A stretch of 64,000 bases of DNA. Source: Longimicrobiales bacterium. GTDB lineage: Bacteria; Gemmatimonadota; Gemmatimonadetes; Longimicrobiales; Gaopeijiaceae. A program made the translations under genes and the position numbers. The stretch lies in assembly GCA_965116905.1 (NCBI GenBank), contig OZ220732.1, positions 288,001-352,000 of the forward strand. Direction: 5' to 3'. The notes beneath the pieces were generated by a model. The model did not search any database, was not told the DNA's origin, and saw nothing but the letters and a program-made list of their open reading frames with translations. Below are positions 9,471-19,126 of the stretch, one piece after another. Positions within the stretch are counted from its first letter, which is position 1. Each line of letters opens with the position of its first letter.

Positions 9471-10448
9471 GTGGCGGGGGTGATCGAGGCCGTACTCGAA
9501 AGCGCCTGCCGGGGCGCGGGTCTGGACCGGTCGTCGGTGGAGTCCGCGCGGCCCATCGGTGGGGGATGCATCAGCAACGCGCTGAGGGTCCGCACAACCG
9601 GAGGCGACTACTGCCTCAAGTGGAATGCCGGGAACACCGGGGCCGGCCGGGATTTCTTCCGGATCGAGGCGGAGGGCCTGTCGGCGCTGGGAGACGCCGG
9701 GGCGGTCGACGTCCCGCGTGTCATCGCTGTCGGCGGTGACGACGACGAAGTCCCCTGGCTGCTTCTGGAGTGGATCGAGGAGGCAGCCGCGACCGGAGAC
9801 AACTGGCGGCGATTGGGGCATGGACTGGCTCGGTTGCACCGCACGCGCCGGCTCCCGCCGCCGGGACCGGCCTCGCCCGGCTTCGGCTGGCACCGCGACA
9901 ACGTCATCGGCTCACTGCCACAGCCGAACCGCTGGACGGACGAATGGCCGGCATTCTGGACCGAACTGCGCATCCTGACGCTGGCCCGGGAGCTGGGGGC
10001 GAACGGAACACTGTCGCGGAGCCGGCTCGCCCTGGTGGAACGGGCCGCGGCCCGGATGAGCAAGCTTCTTGGCCCCGCGGCCACCGTGGACGGGCCCTCC
10101 TTGCTGCACGGCGACTTCTGGTCCGGCAATGTCCTGTTCGGCCGGAGGCGGACGGCGCCGGATACGGATCCCCGGCCGTTCCTGATCGACCCGGCCGTCT
10201 ACATCGGTCACCGGGAGGTGGACCTCGCCATGTGCCGGCTGTTCGGCGGGTTCGCCGCGCCATTCCATGACGCCTACCACGCCGCCTGGCCACTGCAGCC
10301 GGATCACGAACGCCGCCTGCCGGCCTACCAGCTCTACCCTCTCCTCGTGCATGCGCGCCTTTTCGGCGGCGGGTACGTGGCGTCGGTCGCCAGGGCCGCC
10401 CAGGCCGTGATCGACGCCTCCAGCCGGGCCGGGCGGCTTCCCGGCTAG
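9471..10448 (+). CDS. fructosamine kinase family protein
   Basis: IGGGCIS, FGWHRDNVIG, LLHGDFWSGN, IDPAVYIGHREVDLAM, YQLYPLLVH. Start may be 9471 or 9480. Confidence 0.92.
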   Translation: MAGVIEAVLESACRGAGLDRSSVESARPIGGGCISNALRVRTTGGDYCLKWNAGNTGAGRDFFRIEAEGLSALGDAGAVDVPRVIAVGGDDDEVPWLLLEWIEEAAATGDNWRRLGHGLARLHRTRRLPPPGPASPGFGWHRDNVIGSLPQPNRWTDEWPAFWTELRILTLARELGANGTLSRSRLALVERAAARMSKLLGPAATVDGPSLLHGDFWSGNVLFGRRRTAPDTDPRPFLIDPAVYIGHREVDLAMCRLFGGFAAPFHDAYHAAWPLQPDHERRLPAYQLYPLLVHARLFGGGYVASVARAAQAVIDASSRAGRLPG

Positions 10449-11146
10449 CGCCGCACTGCGAGCAGCAGGCCGTCGCCGACGGGCAGGATCGTGGCGTCGA
10501 ACCGGTCGTCCGCCGAAACCACGCGGTTGAAGCGGTCCAGCTCGGCCGCCAGGTCGTTGGAGTCGGGGTCGAGCACCCTGCCCGCCCAGAACGCGTTGTC
10601 CGCCATGAGCAGCCCGCCGGGCCGCAGCAGTCCCGCCGCCATTTCCAGGTACGTGGTGTAGCGCTCCTTGTCGGCGTCCAGGAAGACCACATCGAACGAG
10701 CCGTCGGGTCCCAGCTCGGACATCACCGCCACCGCGTCCCCCAGGCGGATGTCGACCCTGTCGCTCACGCCCGCCGCCGCGACCGATTCGCGCGCGACCG
10801 CGGCGTGGTCGGCATTGATCTCGATCGTGATCAAGCGGCCTTGCGGGGGAAGCGCCCGCGCGATCCAGACCGCCGAGTAACCCGCCAGGGTGCCCACCTC
10901 CAGCACGCGGCGCGCGCCGGCCGCCCGGACCAGCACCTGAACCGCGCGCGCGGTGGCGGGCGGGAGCTGGATCCGGGGCATCCCCGCCCTGTCCGCGCGG
11001 CGACGTATCTCGCGCAGCACGGCGTCTTCGCCCGAAAAGTGGCGCTGGACGTACCGATCGAGCGCGTCGTGATCCAGCTCCGAGGGGTCCGGCGCGCCCG
11101 ACGGGACGCGTTCGGCCGGCCGCGCCGAATCGCCCTGCCCGCTCAC
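10445..11146 (-). CDS. O-methyltransferase (methyltransferase-3 / caffeoyl-CoA type)
   Basis: LEVGTLAGYS, FDVVFLDADK, GGLLMADN, VGDG. Confidence 0.92.
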   Translation of the reverse strand: MSGQGDSARPAERVPSGAPDPSELDHDALDRYVQRHFSGEDAVLREIRRRADRAGMPRIQLPPATARAVQVLVRAAGARRVLEVGTLAGYSAVWIARALPPQGRLITIEINADHAAVARESVAAAGVSDRVDIRLGDAVAVMSELGPDGSFDVVFLDADKERYTTYLEMAAGLLRPGGLLMADNAFWAGRVLDPDSNDLAAELDRFNRVVSADDRFDATILPVGDGLLLAVRR

Positions 11147-12333
11147 CGCCGCGACAGCACCCGCGCCATGCGCCGCACGCCCTCCTCGATCTCCTCGTCC
11201 GAAGACGCCGTGCTCATGCGTGCGTACCGCGCGTCACCGAACGCCTCGCCCGGCACGATGGCCACGCCCGCCTCCTCCAGGACGCGGGTGCACACGTCGC
11301 CGGCGCACGTCACCTCCCCATTGAAGAGCCCGTCCACGCGGAAATACAGGTAGAATGCGCCGCCCGGGAGGACATACGAACATCCCGGGAGGAGGTCGTC
11401 GAAGAGGCGCGCCACCAGGTCACGGCGGCGGCGGAACGCGGCCACCATGCGGTCCCGGTCGCGCACGCCCTCATCGCCCCGCGTCAGGCCCTTGAGCGCG
11501 GCGATCTGCGACGGCGTGGCCGCGTTCAGCGACACGTGGCTCTGCAGCGCGGACATCCTGGCCGCCAGTTCGCGGGTCGTGTACGAGAAGCCCACCCGCC
11601 ACCCCGTCATGGCGAAGGCCTTCGACATGCCGTTCGTCACGACCAGGTCACCCACGCGGTCGGGGTCCAGGTCGAGCGCGCCCGGGGCCTTCGCGCCGTC
11701 GCCGTAGTAGATCTCCTGGTAGATCTCGTCGGAGATCAGCGTGATGCCGCGCGCGCCCGCCCACTCCGCGATCGCGGCCAGCTCCGACTTCGAATAGACG
11801 GCTCCGGTCGGGTTCGAGGGCGTGGACAGGATCAGTCCCCTGGCGTTCGCGGTGGCGGCCGCTTCCAGGTCGTCGGGCGTGAGCAGGAAGTCGCGCTTCT
11901 CGCTGCCCATCACGGGCACCGAGTCGGCCCTGGCCAGCGTCACCATTTCGGGATAGGAGGTCCAGTACGGCGAGCCGATGAGCACGTCGTCGCCCGGCCC
12001 GAAGAGGCAGAAGCACGCGTTGAACAGCGACTGCTTCGCCCCCGCCGAGATCACCACGCGCGCCGGATCGGCCGGGTAGTCCGTGCCGGCGGTCATGTAC
12101 TCGGCCGCGGCAGCTCGCAACTCCGGCAGACCCGCCGCTGGAGTGTAGCGCGTGCGTCCCTGGCGAATGCCCTCGATCCCCGCCCCGGCAACCGGCTCCG
12201 GCGTGTGAAAGTCGGGCTCGCCCGCGCTCAGGTTGATGATGTCCCGCCCCTCGGCCGCCAGCTTCTTCGCCAGCGTGCTGACGGCAACGGTAGCGGAGGG
12301 CCGCAGCTTCGCAATGTTTTCGGAATAGGTCAT
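11143..12333 (-). CDS. class I/II PLP aminotransferase (aspartate aminotransferase-like)
   Basis: AGEPDF, PSNPTG, SDEIY, SKAFAMTGWRVG. Confidence 0.95.
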   Translation of the reverse strand: MTYSENIAKLRPSATVAVSTLAKKLAAEGRDIINLSAGEPDFHTPEPVAGAGIEGIRQGRTRYTPAAGLPELRAAAAEYMTAGTDYPADPARVVISAGAKQSLFNACFCLFGPGDDVLIGSPYWTSYPEMVTLARADSVPVMGSEKRDFLLTPDDLEAAATANARGLILSTPSNPTGAVYSKSELAAIAEWAGARGITLISDEIYQEIYYGDGAKAPGALDLDPDRVGDLVVTNGMSKAFAMTGWRVGFSYTTRELAARMSALQSHVSLNAATPSQIAALKGLTRGDEGVRDRDRMVAAFRRRRDLVARLFDDLLPGCSYVLPGGAFYLYFRVDGLFNGEVTCAGDVCTRVLEEAGVAIVPGEAFGDARYARMSTASSDEEIEEGVRRMARVLSRR

Positions 12334-12457
12334 GGGTTAGTCTTAGAGGTAGTGAATTCCCACCCGCGCACGTCCGACGAATCGCCTGCGCACGTCCGAC
12401 AATCGGCACAGCCCGGTGCGTTGGCAACCCCGAACACGCTGATCCCCGCTCCGGCAC

Positions 12458-13078
12458 ATGGCCACGCCGATGCCCGTCTTTTTCTTCGACTTCACGGATC
12501 CCGGATCCTACCTCGCCAGCCATCTCCTGCACGAGGCCGGCGTCGCCGAACGCTGCGAATGGCGCGGTCTCGAGCTGCGCCCCCCGCCCCGCGCACTCGT
12601 CGATCCGGCGGACCCCGATTGGCGGTCCTACCATGCGCTGATCGCCGACTGCGCGGGGAAGCGGGGCCTCCCGATGAACACGCCGAGCTTCGTTCCCTGG
12701 ACCCGCAAGGCGCACGAACTGGCCGAGTTCGCCCGCGAGCAGGATTGTTACCAGGCCGTGAAGATCGCACTTTTCGAGGCCCACTTTGTCGACCGCAGTG
12801 ACATTGGGCGGATAGATTTGCTGGTTGAAGTCGCGTCCGCGTCCGGGCTGGACCGCTCCGGCGCCAAGGCGACGCTGGATGTCGACCGCCTCGCCGCGGC
12901 GTTGTCGGCGCACCGCGAGCTTGCGAAGAACTGGAACGTGGCGGAGGTTCCGGCTCTCGTTCACGGCGCGTGGCGGATCGAGGGATTGAAGTCGCACGCG
13001 GACGTGTCGCGGTGGACGCGGCGCGTCGGGACCGGACGGTTTGCAGAGAGCGAACTGATTGCAGAGAAAGAGGAGTGA
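12458..13078 (+). CDS. DsbA/FrnE-like thioredoxin-fold protein
   Basis: FFFDFTDPGSY N-terminal motif (no CxxC), TRKAHELAEFA, V..VP cis-Pro region. Confidence 0.75.
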   Translation: MATPMPVFFFDFTDPGSYLASHLLHEAGVAERCEWRGLELRPPPRALVDPADPDWRSYHALIADCAGKRGLPMNTPSFVPWTRKAHELAEFAREQDCYQAVKIALFEAHFVDRSDIGRIDLLVEVASASGLDRSGAKATLDVDRLAAALSAHRELAKNWNVAEVPALVHGAWRIEGLKSHADVSRWTRRVGTGRFAESELIAEKEE

Positions 13079-13089
13079 CGGCCGACAAA

Positions 13090-13395
13090 ATGGCGGGATA
13101 CGAGCGCAAGACGGCACTGGCACCCGCGGAGGTGCTGAAAAAGGCTGAGGAACATCTGCCGGACTACATCGGTCTCCAGCGGTCCAAGGGCAGCTCCCAT
13201 GGAGCCACCTACACGGGCGAGGAGGGGACGGTCGTGCTGACCGCACACCGGCACGGTCCCTTCACCGAGGTCACCGCCCGCACCGACCGCCTGCGAACCT
13301 CGCGCATGGACTATGAGATCCAGCGCTTCCTGAACTGCCTGCCGTACGAATACGGCGACGCGGGCGGTCCCGGCTCGGGCGATCCGGACGGGTGA
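13090..13395 (+). CDS. hypothetical protein (101 aa)
   Basis: MAGYERKT... downstream of AGGAG; its stop overlaps the next start (GTGA). Confidence 0.7.
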   Translation: MAGYERKTALAPAEVLKKAEEHLPDYIGLQRSKGSSHGATYTGEEGTVVLTAHRHGPFTEVTARTDRLRTSRMDYEIQRFLNCLPYEYGDAGGPGSGDPDG

Positions 13396-15140
13396 CCGAA
13401 GCGGACCCCATGTCCTTCGAAGAACTGCCGCTCGGTCCCGAGACCGTGGCCGCGCTGGCGGCCGAGGGGATCGAGACGCCTACCCCCTTTCAGGCCGCGG
13501 CCATCCCCGTCATCGCCCGGGGCAATGATCTCCTCGGCCGCGCGGGTCCCGGCAGCGGCACGATGGTGGCCTACGCCGCCCCCCTGATCGAGCGCCTCGA
13601 GCGGGGCGCGGGCTCCCCGGTCTGCATCATCCTCTGCACGGGCCAGCGTCAGGCCACCGAACTCGCGCGTTCGCTCGCGGGCCTGTGCGAGGCGGCCGGT
13701 GCCCGCGCGGCGGCGCTGACCGACCGGTGGAACCTTCCCGAGCGGGCCGATTTCCTCGTCGTGCCCGCCGACCGCTTCCGAGCCGCGTACGACGGCACGG
13801 TTGTACTGGAACACCTCAGGGCCGTGGTCCTCCACGACGGCGACGGCGTCGTCGCCAGCGTCGCGGCAGACCAGCTGGAGACCTTTCTCGGGAGCCTGCA
13901 CGGCGATTGTCAGCGCATCGTGTGCGGTCTGCCCTTCGGCCCGGCGCTCCACTCGCTGGCCACCCGGTTCACGCGGCGTGCCGTCAGCGTCCCGCCGCGG
14001 CCGCGTCCCGGCACGACGACCGCGCGCGACCGGAAGCCGCCGAAGCGAGCCCCCGGGGGTACGGGACGTCACCCGGCCGCCGGCGACCAGCCCCGCCAGC
14101 TGCAGGTGGTGGCGTTCGGCGGCGACCGCTGGGAGGCCGTGCTCGACCAGGCCACCGAGCTGCTTCAGGACCCGGTGCGTCACCTGCTGGTGTTCACGGC
14201 TTCGGCCGATCAGGCGGCGGACCTGGGCGATTTCCTCTCGACCCACGGCTACCTTCCGGGGCCGCCGGGCGACCCGTCCGCGCCCGTGTGGATCTCCCCC
14301 GGCGAGGACGTGGCGGCCCGGGAGGCGCTGGATGCCGCGATCAATCCCGATACCGTCGCAACGCTGTCGGCGTCGGTCCCCGCGGGGGCGGCCATCGCGA
14401 CGATCCGCCACGCCGCCGGCGGGCCGGCCCGGGTGCTGGCGGAGATACGCGAACTCGGGCACCTGAAGGATGTCGCCGCCGACGCGGGCTTCGCCGTGAA
14501 GAGGATGCGTCCCGCGCGCCCGCAACGCGTCTCGGCCACGCTGGATCAATTGGCGGACGACCTCCACGAAGCCGTGCGGGCTCCGGAGATCGCGCCCTAC
14601 TACCTGCTCGTCGAGTCCCTGCTGGACCGTTTTGCGCCGGCCGAATTGGCCGCCGCCGCGCTTCTCCTGCTCGACCGCAAGACGCCGAAGAAGGGCAAGG
14701 CCGCGGTGGGCGCCGGCGTCGGAGCGGTTCCCGAGAGCTGGGTCAGGCTATTCGTGTCTGCGGGCCAGCGCGACGAAGTCGGGCCGCGCGAACTGCTCGG
14801 AGCGCTGACGAATCAGTCCGGCGTTCCGGGCAACAGGGTCGGCAGAATCGATGTGCGCGAGAGCCACTCCCTGATCGAGGTGCGGGAAGGTGACGCGAAG
14901 GCGGTGATCTCCGCGCTGAACGGCACCACGCTGGGCGGGCGCAGCCTGCGCGTCGACTACGACCGGGCCAAGGACAGGCGGCCAGCCGGCGGCGGCCGAC
15001 CGACCCATGGTGGCCGATCGCCCCATGGTGGCCGATCGCCCCGTGGGGGTCAGCGCCCGGTCAGACCGCCATTTCGTCCCGGCGGCGGCGGAACATCCGG
15101 TAAAGGAAGTAGCCGGCCGCGACGAACAGACCGATCTTGA
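13392..15140 (+). CDS. DeaD/CsdA-like protein with degenerate helicase motifs and C-terminal DbpA RNA-binding domain
   Basis: Q motif intact; motif I reads AGPGSGT and motif II reads LHDGD; C-terminal RLFVSAGQRDEVGP..GRIDVRESHSLIEV. Confidence 0.82.
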   Translation: MTEADPMSFEELPLGPETVAALAAEGIETPTPFQAAAIPVIARGNDLLGRAGPGSGTMVAYAAPLIERLERGAGSPVCIILCTGQRQATELARSLAGLCEAAGARAAALTDRWNLPERADFLVVPADRFRAAYDGTVVLEHLRAVVLHDGDGVVASVAADQLETFLGSLHGDCQRIVCGLPFGPALHSLATRFTRRAVSVPPRPRPGTTTARDRKPPKRAPGGTGRHPAAGDQPRQLQVVAFGGDRWEAVLDQATELLQDPVRHLLVFTASADQAADLGDFLSTHGYLPGPPGDPSAPVWISPGEDVAAREALDAAINPDTVATLSASVPAGAAIATIRHAAGGPARVLAEIRELGHLKDVAADAGFAVKRMRPARPQRVSATLDQLADDLHEAVRAPEIAPYYLLVESLLDRFAPAELAAAALLLLDRKTPKKGKAAVGAGVGAVPESWVRLFVSAGQRDEVGPRELLGALTNQSGVPGNRVGRIDVRESHSLIEVREGDAKAVISALNGTTLGGRSLRVDYDRAKDRRPAGGGRPTHGGRSPHGGRSPRGGQRPVRPPFRPGGGGTSGKGSSRPRRTDRS

Positions 15141-15267
15141 AGGCCAGCGCCATGAAGCCGAACAACATCCCGAGCAGGGGAATTGCGGCCGTCATGAGCA
15201 GCTTCAACAACACGACGCTCACGGCCCCCGTGACCGCGACCGCGCCCAAAGTCCTCACCATCTGCAT
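15061..15267 (-). CDS. small two-helix membrane protein
   Basis: Two hydrophobic segments, basic RRRR tail, AGGAG ribosome-binding site. Confidence 0.72.
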   Translation of the reverse strand: MQMVRTLGAVAVTGAVSVVLLKLLMTAAIPLLGMLFGFMALAFKIGLFVAAGYFLYRMFRRRRDEMAV

Positions 15268-15302
15268 CTCCTGATCTCCTGTATTGGCGGTTACGCGTCC
15301 CC

Positions 15303-17792
15303 CTACCGCCTGAACCGGTAGGAAAGTTTCACGAAGACCCCCTCGGCCTCGGGACGGATGTCACGGAAGCGGAACGCCTCCATGTCCTCCATGCGGCGTG
15401 TGTATCCGATGAAGAAGACCGTCCCCGGGGTTGGCTCGTAGCTGAGCAGCGTCTCGATCGAGAAATCGTTCGATTCGGTCGTGCCGCGGAAGCACGACAT
15501 GTCGGGGCACAGGGACAGCTCTCGTCCTGCGAGCGGACTCAGCAGCACGCCACGCCGCTGGCTCCCGTACTCCACGATGGCCCGAACGAACAGCGCGCGG
15601 TTGAACTGGTACTGTGCCCGGGCACGCGGGATCGTGGCCCTGGAAAAAAGGGATCCGTCGCGCTTCCGGAACAGGCTCGTGTGCCTGACACCCACTTCGC
15701 CGCTGAGGTTCGCGGTGGGAAACAGACTCAGGCTCACGTCGCCCGACCATGAATCCGCCAGGTCCACCGGCGTGTCGGTCGTGAACTCGAAGAGCGGTGA
15801 CTCGGAACGTGTGAGCCGAATGGTCCCGCGCAGCCGGTCGAACGAGTTCAACCACAGGAACACCGTGCCCGAATTCAGTCCCTGAAACAGCGACTGACTG
15901 GGGTAGAAGGGCTCGTAGTGCCCCCCCGGACCCAGGACGTAGAGCCCCCGATAGTCCTCCTGCCCCACGGAAAAGTAGGTCCGGGAGAAGTTGCCGAAGA
16001 CCGTGATGTTCCGGCGGAATGAGACGCTCCCGCCCAGACGGATCCGCTGTTCCTCCGGTCGGCCGAAACCCCAGAAATCGTCGTGATCCCAGAACCCCTC
16101 CGTCTCGATGCTCGGTCCCCAGCGCTCGATCAAGTCCCCCGGTCGTCCGCGGAAGTTGTAGCTGACCCGCGACCTGAACTGGGCGGTCCCGTTTCGCCGA
16201 ATGAAGCCGCTGCCCGCAACGAATTCGTTGCTCAGGTCCTGAAGACCGAGGTCGAACTGGAAACTGCGTCCGGAACGGGCCAGCTGCATCGAGAACAGCC
16301 CGCCGTTCGCCGCGTCCGGCTGCCCCGATGACGTGCGGCTGCCGGCGGCCAAGAGCGTGACCGTGTACCGATCCCTGATCTGAAACCGCCCGTCCACGCC
16401 CGCGACGCGGTTGAACCGGTTCCCGTGATACGTGCGGTCCGTGTAGACCATGCCGACGTTGGAGGTGCTGCCGATATCACGCCGCAGCCGGAAGATGTTG
16501 ACGACCGGGTTCGCGGTGCCGCCGGGGCTGTCGGGGTCACCAACTTCGTCGACCGCGCCCAGGTAGCCGGCGTTGAAACTCCCGATCTTGCCTTGCAGTT
16601 TGGCGCCCGCCACCGGGTTGATGATCGAGCGCGTGTACACGAGTTGCTGCGGAAGCCGGAAGATCTCTGTGCCCTCGAGGAAGAACGGGCGCTTCTCACG
16701 CAGGAAGAGGGCGAAACGTTCGTTGACCGCAATCTGGCCGGCGTCGGCCTCGACCTGTGAGAAATCCGGGTTGTACGTGCCGTCCAGCGTCAGGTTGGAG
16801 GTGATTCCATAGGTGAGATTGAGGCCGAAGTCGCCGTCCACGCCCCCCCGCTCGAGCCCGCCCGAATTGCTGTCGTACGTCCCCTGCTTCGAGAGGGTCT
16901 GTACCGGGTTGATTTCGAGGAACAGCCCGGGGTCGAGTTCGCGAAGACCGGTGAGTTTGCCGAACTGCTCCATCTTGTTGGCCACGTTGGCCGTCACGGG
17001 CGCCCAGGACTCGGAATAGCCGTTGCGCGCGATCCTGCGCTCGATCTGAAGTCCCCAGTCCTGCACCGGCGCTTCGCGGAAGCGTATGCTCTTCAGCGGC
17101 ACCTTGACCTCGATCGCGTAGCCCCAGTCGTGCAGCTTGCCGTCGGAGTCCCATACGAAGTCGGGATTCCAGTCGATGGGCGCGCCGAACCGGCGTTCCC
17201 GGCCGCCGCCACCCCCGACGACCCAGAGTCCATCCTGCTGAACGCCGTAGGGGTTGACCATGATCACGTAGCCGCGCCGGCGGTCGTTGAACGTGTCCAC
17301 GATGAACCGCACGTAGTCGTCGGAAAAGCCGAACGAGTCGCGGTCGCCCAACGTGGCGCGGACGCCGCCCTCGACGTCGTCGTAGGCCTTGACGCTGAAG
17401 TAGATCGCATCGTCCGTGAGCAGCACGCGCGCTTCCGTGCGCTGGGTTGCGGGCACGCCCTCGACGGGGTCGAACTGCGTGAAGCCCGTGAGGAGCGGGG
17501 CACTCTCCCAGGCGGCCTCGTCGATCTCGCCATCGATGTCGATCGAGGCATCCGCCACCCAGGGGTGCGGTACGTCCAGCTGCCCCGCGCTGCCGTCGTA
17601 GATGACGGCTTCCGCCGGATCGCCTGTCCCGCGGACGGGAGCGTTGTCATGGCGGAGCGCGGCGTCCTGCCCCACTCCCGCCGTTGCGACGGTCATCGTC
17701 GCCAGAAGTGCTATCATCGAATGCGTGATCTTTCGTTCGGAACTGGCCGTCCCGGTGCCGGAGCGTGGACCGGTGTCGGGGCGTGGAGACAA
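15303..17792 (-). CDS. DUF5916 / CBM9-like sugar-binding domain outer-membrane protein
   Basis: IDGEIDEAAW, DTFNDRR, YNPDFSQVEADA, EKRPFFLEG, YTRSI; C-terminal KLSYRFR. Start uncertain, possibly near 17717. Confidence 0.85.
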   Translation of the reverse strand: MSPRPDTGPRSGTGTASSERKITHSMIALLATMTVATAGVGQDAALRHDNAPVRGTGDPAEAVIYDGSAGQLDVPHPWVADASIDIDGEIDEAAWESAPLLTGFTQFDPVEGVPATQRTEARVLLTDDAIYFSVKAYDDVEGGVRATLGDRDSFGFSDDYVRFIVDTFNDRRRGYVIMVNPYGVQQDGLWVVGGGGGRERRFGAPIDWNPDFVWDSDGKLHDWGYAIEVKVPLKSIRFREAPVQDWGLQIERRIARNGYSESWAPVTANVANKMEQFGKLTGLRELDPGLFLEINPVQTLSKQGTYDSNSGGLERGGVDGDFGLNLTYGITSNLTLDGTYNPDFSQVEADAGQIAVNERFALFLREKRPFFLEGTEIFRLPQQLVYTRSIINPVAGAKLQGKIGSFNAGYLGAVDEVGDPDSPGGTANPVVNIFRLRRDIGSTSNVGMVYTDRTYHGNRFNRVAGVDGRFQIRDRYTVTLLAAGSRTSSGQPDAANGGLFSMQLARSGRSFQFDLGLQDLSNEFVAGSGFIRRNGTAQFRSRVSYNFRGRPGDLIERWGPSIETEGFWDHDDFWGFGRPEEQRIRLGGSVSFRRNITVFGNFSRTYFSVGQEDYRGLYVLGPGGHYEPFYPSQSLFQGLNSGTVFLWLNSFDRLRGTIRLTRSESPLFEFTTDTPVDLADSWSGDVSLSLFPTANLSGEVGVRHTSLFRKRDGSLFSRATIPRARAQYQFNRALFVRAIVEYGSQRRGVLLSPLAGRELSLCPDMSCFRGTTESNDFSIETLLSYEPTPGTVFFIGYTRRMEDMEAFRFRDIRPEAEGVFVKLSYRFRR

Positions 17793-17841
17793 GGGTGCGG
17801 ACGCGCAGGATTCGCGCTACCAGACCCAGAGGACACCTCGA

Positions 17842-18081
17842 ATGACGACACCGTTGAAGATGGACTCATTTCGCGATCGGGAAAAGCGGGCGCTGCTTGA
17901 GATGGTCGCCGGCGGCGCCGCGAATCCGGCGTGCCCCCGCTGCGGCGGGCGCTGTTCGGTGATCCGCACCGGGGCGCGGAAGGATGTCTCCTACGTGAGG
18001 GACAGGGTCGTGATCCGGTGTTCCGGGTGCATGCGGACCCTGGCCCTGGAGGCCGGGTACCTGGACGGGCGCGGCGATTGA
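17842..18081 (+). CDS. small Zn-ribbon protein (79 aa)
   Basis: CPRC...CSGC pair; GAGGA upstream of the start. Confidence 0.6.
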   Translation: MTTPLKMDSFRDREKRALLEMVAGGAANPACPRCGGRCSVIRTGARKDVSYVRDRVVIRCSGCMRTLALEAGYLDGRGD

Positions 18082-18160
18082 CGGGCGGGGCGATTGACGG
18101 GCGGGGCACGTGGTCCCCACAGTTGACGCCGCCGATTCTCGAAACGCGGAGTTAGTCGCG

Positions 18161-19120
18161 ATGGTGCGCCACAACCGCCGAATCGGGCTCGCTGCCGCCA
18201 GCCTGGTCGTCGTCTTCGTAGCGTTCACGAAGGGGCCGGTGCGGGCTCAGGTCGCAGATGGCAAAGACCCCGTTGCGGGCCCGCTTGTCCTGGGGCTGTC
18301 CTCCAGCACCCGGGCCATCGGCCTCGGCGGTGCGTTCTGGGCCGGGGACGGAGCGCACGCGGTCTTGCACCACCCGGCCCTGATCGCGGGCGAGGGGTTC
18401 GGCGGCTTCCGAACGAGGATCGGGGGGGCCACGCACCTCGCGCTGAGCGGAAGCCGGGCCTGGCTGGGGGGCACCGTCGCGGCCGGCGTCTCCTTTCTGG
18501 AGTACGGGACCTCGGCAAAATCGCCGCTGGCGCTGCCCCGCGACGCGTCCGCCCTGATCGGGGGCGGCCACGTGTCCGCGTCGGAGTACGTCGCGGCGCT
18601 GGGGTTCGCCGACGAGGTGTTCAGCGTGGACGTGGGCGTAGCGGCGAAGCTGGTCGGCCAGCGCCTGGGCGGGCTGGGAGGCAACACGGTGGCCGTGGAT
18701 CTCGGCGCGGCAAAGTCGATCGGGCGCGTGGTCACCGCTCTGACCGTGCAGAATCTGGGCCGCGGGCTGAAGCTGGGCCGCCACGAGGTGCCGTTGGCGC
18801 GGCGCGTGGTGGTCGGCGCAGGCACGGCCGGGCGGGCTCCGGTGGGGCCGCTCGACATTGGCGGCGCGGTCCAGGTCGCGCGCGAAGGCGACGGCGACAT
18901 CGCGCCGGGTGCGGGGCTGGAGGTCGCGTGGTGGCCGGTGCAGCGCCGCATCTTCATCGTGCGGATCGGCGCGGTCCGGGTGGTGGACGGCCGCAGCTCG
19001 CCATTGACCTTCGGGTTCGGGTTCGAGGGTGACCGCATCCGGATCGACTACGCGCACCGCGAGTACGCCTACGAGGATCTGGCGTCGTCGTCCCACAGCA
19101 TCGGGATCGCGTTCAGGTAG
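18161..19120 (+). CDS. PorV/PorQ-like outer-membrane beta-barrel
   Basis: Signal peptide; TRAIGLGGAF...HPA N-terminal motif; DLGA, VQNLG, RIDYA; terminal aromatic strand IGIAFR. Confidence 0.65.
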   Translation: MVRHNRRIGLAAASLVVVFVAFTKGPVRAQVADGKDPVAGPLVLGLSSSTRAIGLGGAFWAGDGAHAVLHHPALIAGEGFGGFRTRIGGATHLALSGSRAWLGGTVAAGVSFLEYGTSAKSPLALPRDASALIGGGHVSASEYVAALGFADEVFSVDVGVAAKLVGQRLGGLGGNTVAVDLGAAKSIGRVVTALTVQNLGRGLKLGRHEVPLARRVVVGAGTAGRAPVGPLDIGGAVQVAREGDGDIAPGAGLEVAWWPVQRRIFIVRIGAVRVVDGRSSPLTFGFGFEGDRIRIDYAHREYAYEDLASSSHSIGIAFR

Positions 19121-19126
19121 GGGGGC

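Noticed and set aside
7023..15301. Shared 13-mer ggacgcgtaaccg at 7023 (+) and ~15289-15301 (-)
   Set aside because: One copy is coding and the contexts differ. No further copies or structure were seen.
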